Positions 14,912-16,401 of a stretch of DNA of 16,401 nucleotides are shown here, one piece after another; the stretch's first letter is position 1; the number at the start of each line of letters is the position of its first letter. Below the pieces are notes generated by a model, which saw nothing but the letters and a program-made list of their open reading frames with translations, made no database searches and was not told the origin of the DNA. The DNA comes from Candidatus Bathyarchaeum sp. GTDB taxonomy: Archaea; Thermoproteota; Bathyarchaeia; Bathyarchaeales; Bathyarchaeaceae. A program made the translations under genes and the position numbers. The stretch lies in assembly GCA_026014495.1 (NCBI GenBank), contig JAOZIF010000015.1:1-16401 (forward strand), read 5' to 3'.

Positions 14912-15005
14912 TCATTAGCAAACCAAAAACTACTAACCTAATTTTAAATATACAAACCCACGTTAAACTTGTCCATAACAAAACATCACAAGAGCGGACA
15001 ACACC

Positions 15006-15782
15006 TTGATGACCATAACCCAAGCAATCCTTCTCGCCATCATACAAGGCTTAACCGAGTGGCTACCCATATCCAGCTCAGGACACCTAGCAATCGCACA
15101 GCAACTCCTTGGACTAAACCCCCCACTAATCTTTGACGTAACCTTACACCTCGGAACACTAACCGTAGTCCTAATCGCCTTCCGAAAAGACATAACAAAC
15201 ATCCTCAAAGCCCTAACAAAACGCGACTTCCAAACGCCGCAAGGAAAAACCGCAATCTACATAGCCACAGGCAGCATACCCATTGCAGTCATAGCACTCA
15301 CATTCTACGACACCATCAAATCCCTATTCTCCAACCTAACCGCCATAGCCATAGCGCTCATCATCACAGGATGCATACTATTTGTCTCCGAAAAAAGAGT
15401 AGGAACCAAAAAAATGAACACCACAGACTCCATACTAATCGGACTAGCCCAAGCAATCGCCATAATCCCCGGCATCTCCAGAAGCGGAACAACAGTATCC
15501 ACCGCCCTACTACGAAAAATCGACAAAACAACCGCCTTCAAGTACTCATTTTTGCTATCTATACCCGCTGTAATAGGAGCAACAATCCTAGAAGCAAAAG
15601 ACCTAGTAACAGGCAACATAGACCTTGCGCCCCTGCTTGTAGGAGCAATCGTCTCCATGCTAGTCGGCTACGCATCCCTAAAACTACTACAAAAAATAGT
15701 TATAAACCAAAAGCTACACCTGTTCGCATACTACTGCTGGACAGCCGGAACAGCAATACTTGTGTTCATACTATTTCACTAA
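15006..15782 (+). CDS. uppP: Undecaprenyl-diphosphate phosphatase (BacA/UppP family)
   Basis: QGLTEWLPISSSGHL, LHLGT, GLAQAIAIIPGISRSGTT and FKYSFLLSIP motifs. Confidence 0.95.
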   Translation: MMTITQAILLAIIQGLTEWLPISSSGHLAIAQQLLGLNPPLIFDVTLHLGTLTVVLIAFRKDITNILKALTKRDFQTPQGKTAIYIATGSIPIAVIALTFYDTIKSLFSNLTAIAIALIITGCILFVSEKRVGTKKMNTTDSILIGLAQAIAIIPGISRSGTTVSTALLRKIDKTTAFKYSFLLSIPAVIGATILEAKDLVTGNIDLAPLLVGAIVSMLVGYASLKLLQKIVINQKLHLFAYYCWTAGTAILVFILFH

Positions 15783-15906
15783 AATAGCCAAAGTGTTTCT
15801 AAAAAAATAAGTAAACTTCATAAGCTTGTCTGAGAGGACAAAAATAAGACCAACGTATTTAAGTTATGTAAGCAGTTAAGACAAAGGAAAACAGAGGCGA
15901 AAACAA

Positions 15907-16209
15907 ATGGGCAAAAGAAAAGTCAAACGCGAGGACTCCAACGCCATAAAACTACCGCAAGGCAACGACGTAATGGGCATAGCCAAAAAAATGATGGGCT
16001 TTGATCGCATCCTAGTAAGCTGCCAAGACGGAAAAGAACGCCTCTGCAGAATACGCGGCAAAATGAAACGAAGAATGTGGATACGCGTAGGCGACATCGT
16101 CCTAATCTCTCCATGGGATTTCCAGTCCGACGAACGCGGCGACATCATATGGCGATACAAACGAAACCAAGCAGACTGGCTAAGAAGAAAAGGCTACCTG
16201 AAAGTATAA
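15907..16209 (+). CDS. eif1a: Translation initiation factor aIF-1A
   Basis: MMGFDRILVSCQDGKERLCRIRGKMKRRMWIRVGDIVLISPWDFQSDERGDIIWRY. Confidence 0.96.
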   Translation: MGKRKVKREDSNAIKLPQGNDVMGIAKKMMGFDRILVSCQDGKERLCRIRGKMKRRMWIRVGDIVLISPWDFQSDERGDIIWRYKRNQADWLRRKGYLKV

Positions 16210-16319
16210 CAAAACAATACAAAAAAACCACAATTTTTCTAGTATTTTTCTCTACTAACAGTAGGATTTAAAAGTCAGTCCAGCTAACAATAACAGCACA
16301 AACAACGGAGAATCGCAAA

Positions 16320-16401
16320 ATGAGCAAAAAATCTAGCGACTCAAATATAATATACGTAGGTAGAAAACCCCCCATGAACTATGTTCTAGGCATCGTAACC
16401 G
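16320..16401 (+). CDS. albA: DNA/RNA-binding protein Alba, 5' part (runs off the window)
   Basis: MSKKSSDSNIIYVGRKPPMNYVLGIVT matches the Alba IGxKPxMNYVLA motif; GGAG RBS at 16307-16310. Confidence 0.88.
   Translation, partial: MSKKSSDSNIIYVGRKPPMNYVLGIVT

Noticed and set aside
14963-16271. Overlapping track ORFs around uppP and aIF-1A
   Set aside because: They are shadow frames of two confidently identified conserved genes.

Overview
Archaeal chromosomal window (Alba, aIF-1A, archaeal promoters and RBSs, PEF-CTERM surface protein; Bathyarchaeia is a plausible but unverified guess). Core genes (GTP-dependent PEPCK with a divergent Lrp/AsnC regulator, tRNA-Thr(UGU), uppP, aIF-1A, partial alba) are mixed with accessory DNA. 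The accessory DNA includes: a frameshifted tyrosine-integrase remnant at the left edge; up to four same-strand copies of the tRNA-Thr 3' end (exact 24-bp repeat at 6841/8349, 20/24 copy at 2605, 9-bp stub at position 1); an integrase-less 1.5-kb island holding an archaeal ATPase gene and a GTAC-rich repeat array; a wHTH plus restriction-endonuclease-like gene pair; and two divergent ribbon-helix-helix genes plus two small ORFs that the ORF track missed. Further right are a probable metal-response cluster with four 11-bp-phased operator repeats, and a ~140-bp non-coding element present three times, each just behind a stop codon. Strong, patchy G+T versus A+C strand asymmetry runs through the window. 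All product calls come from motif recognition by eye; no database searches were run.
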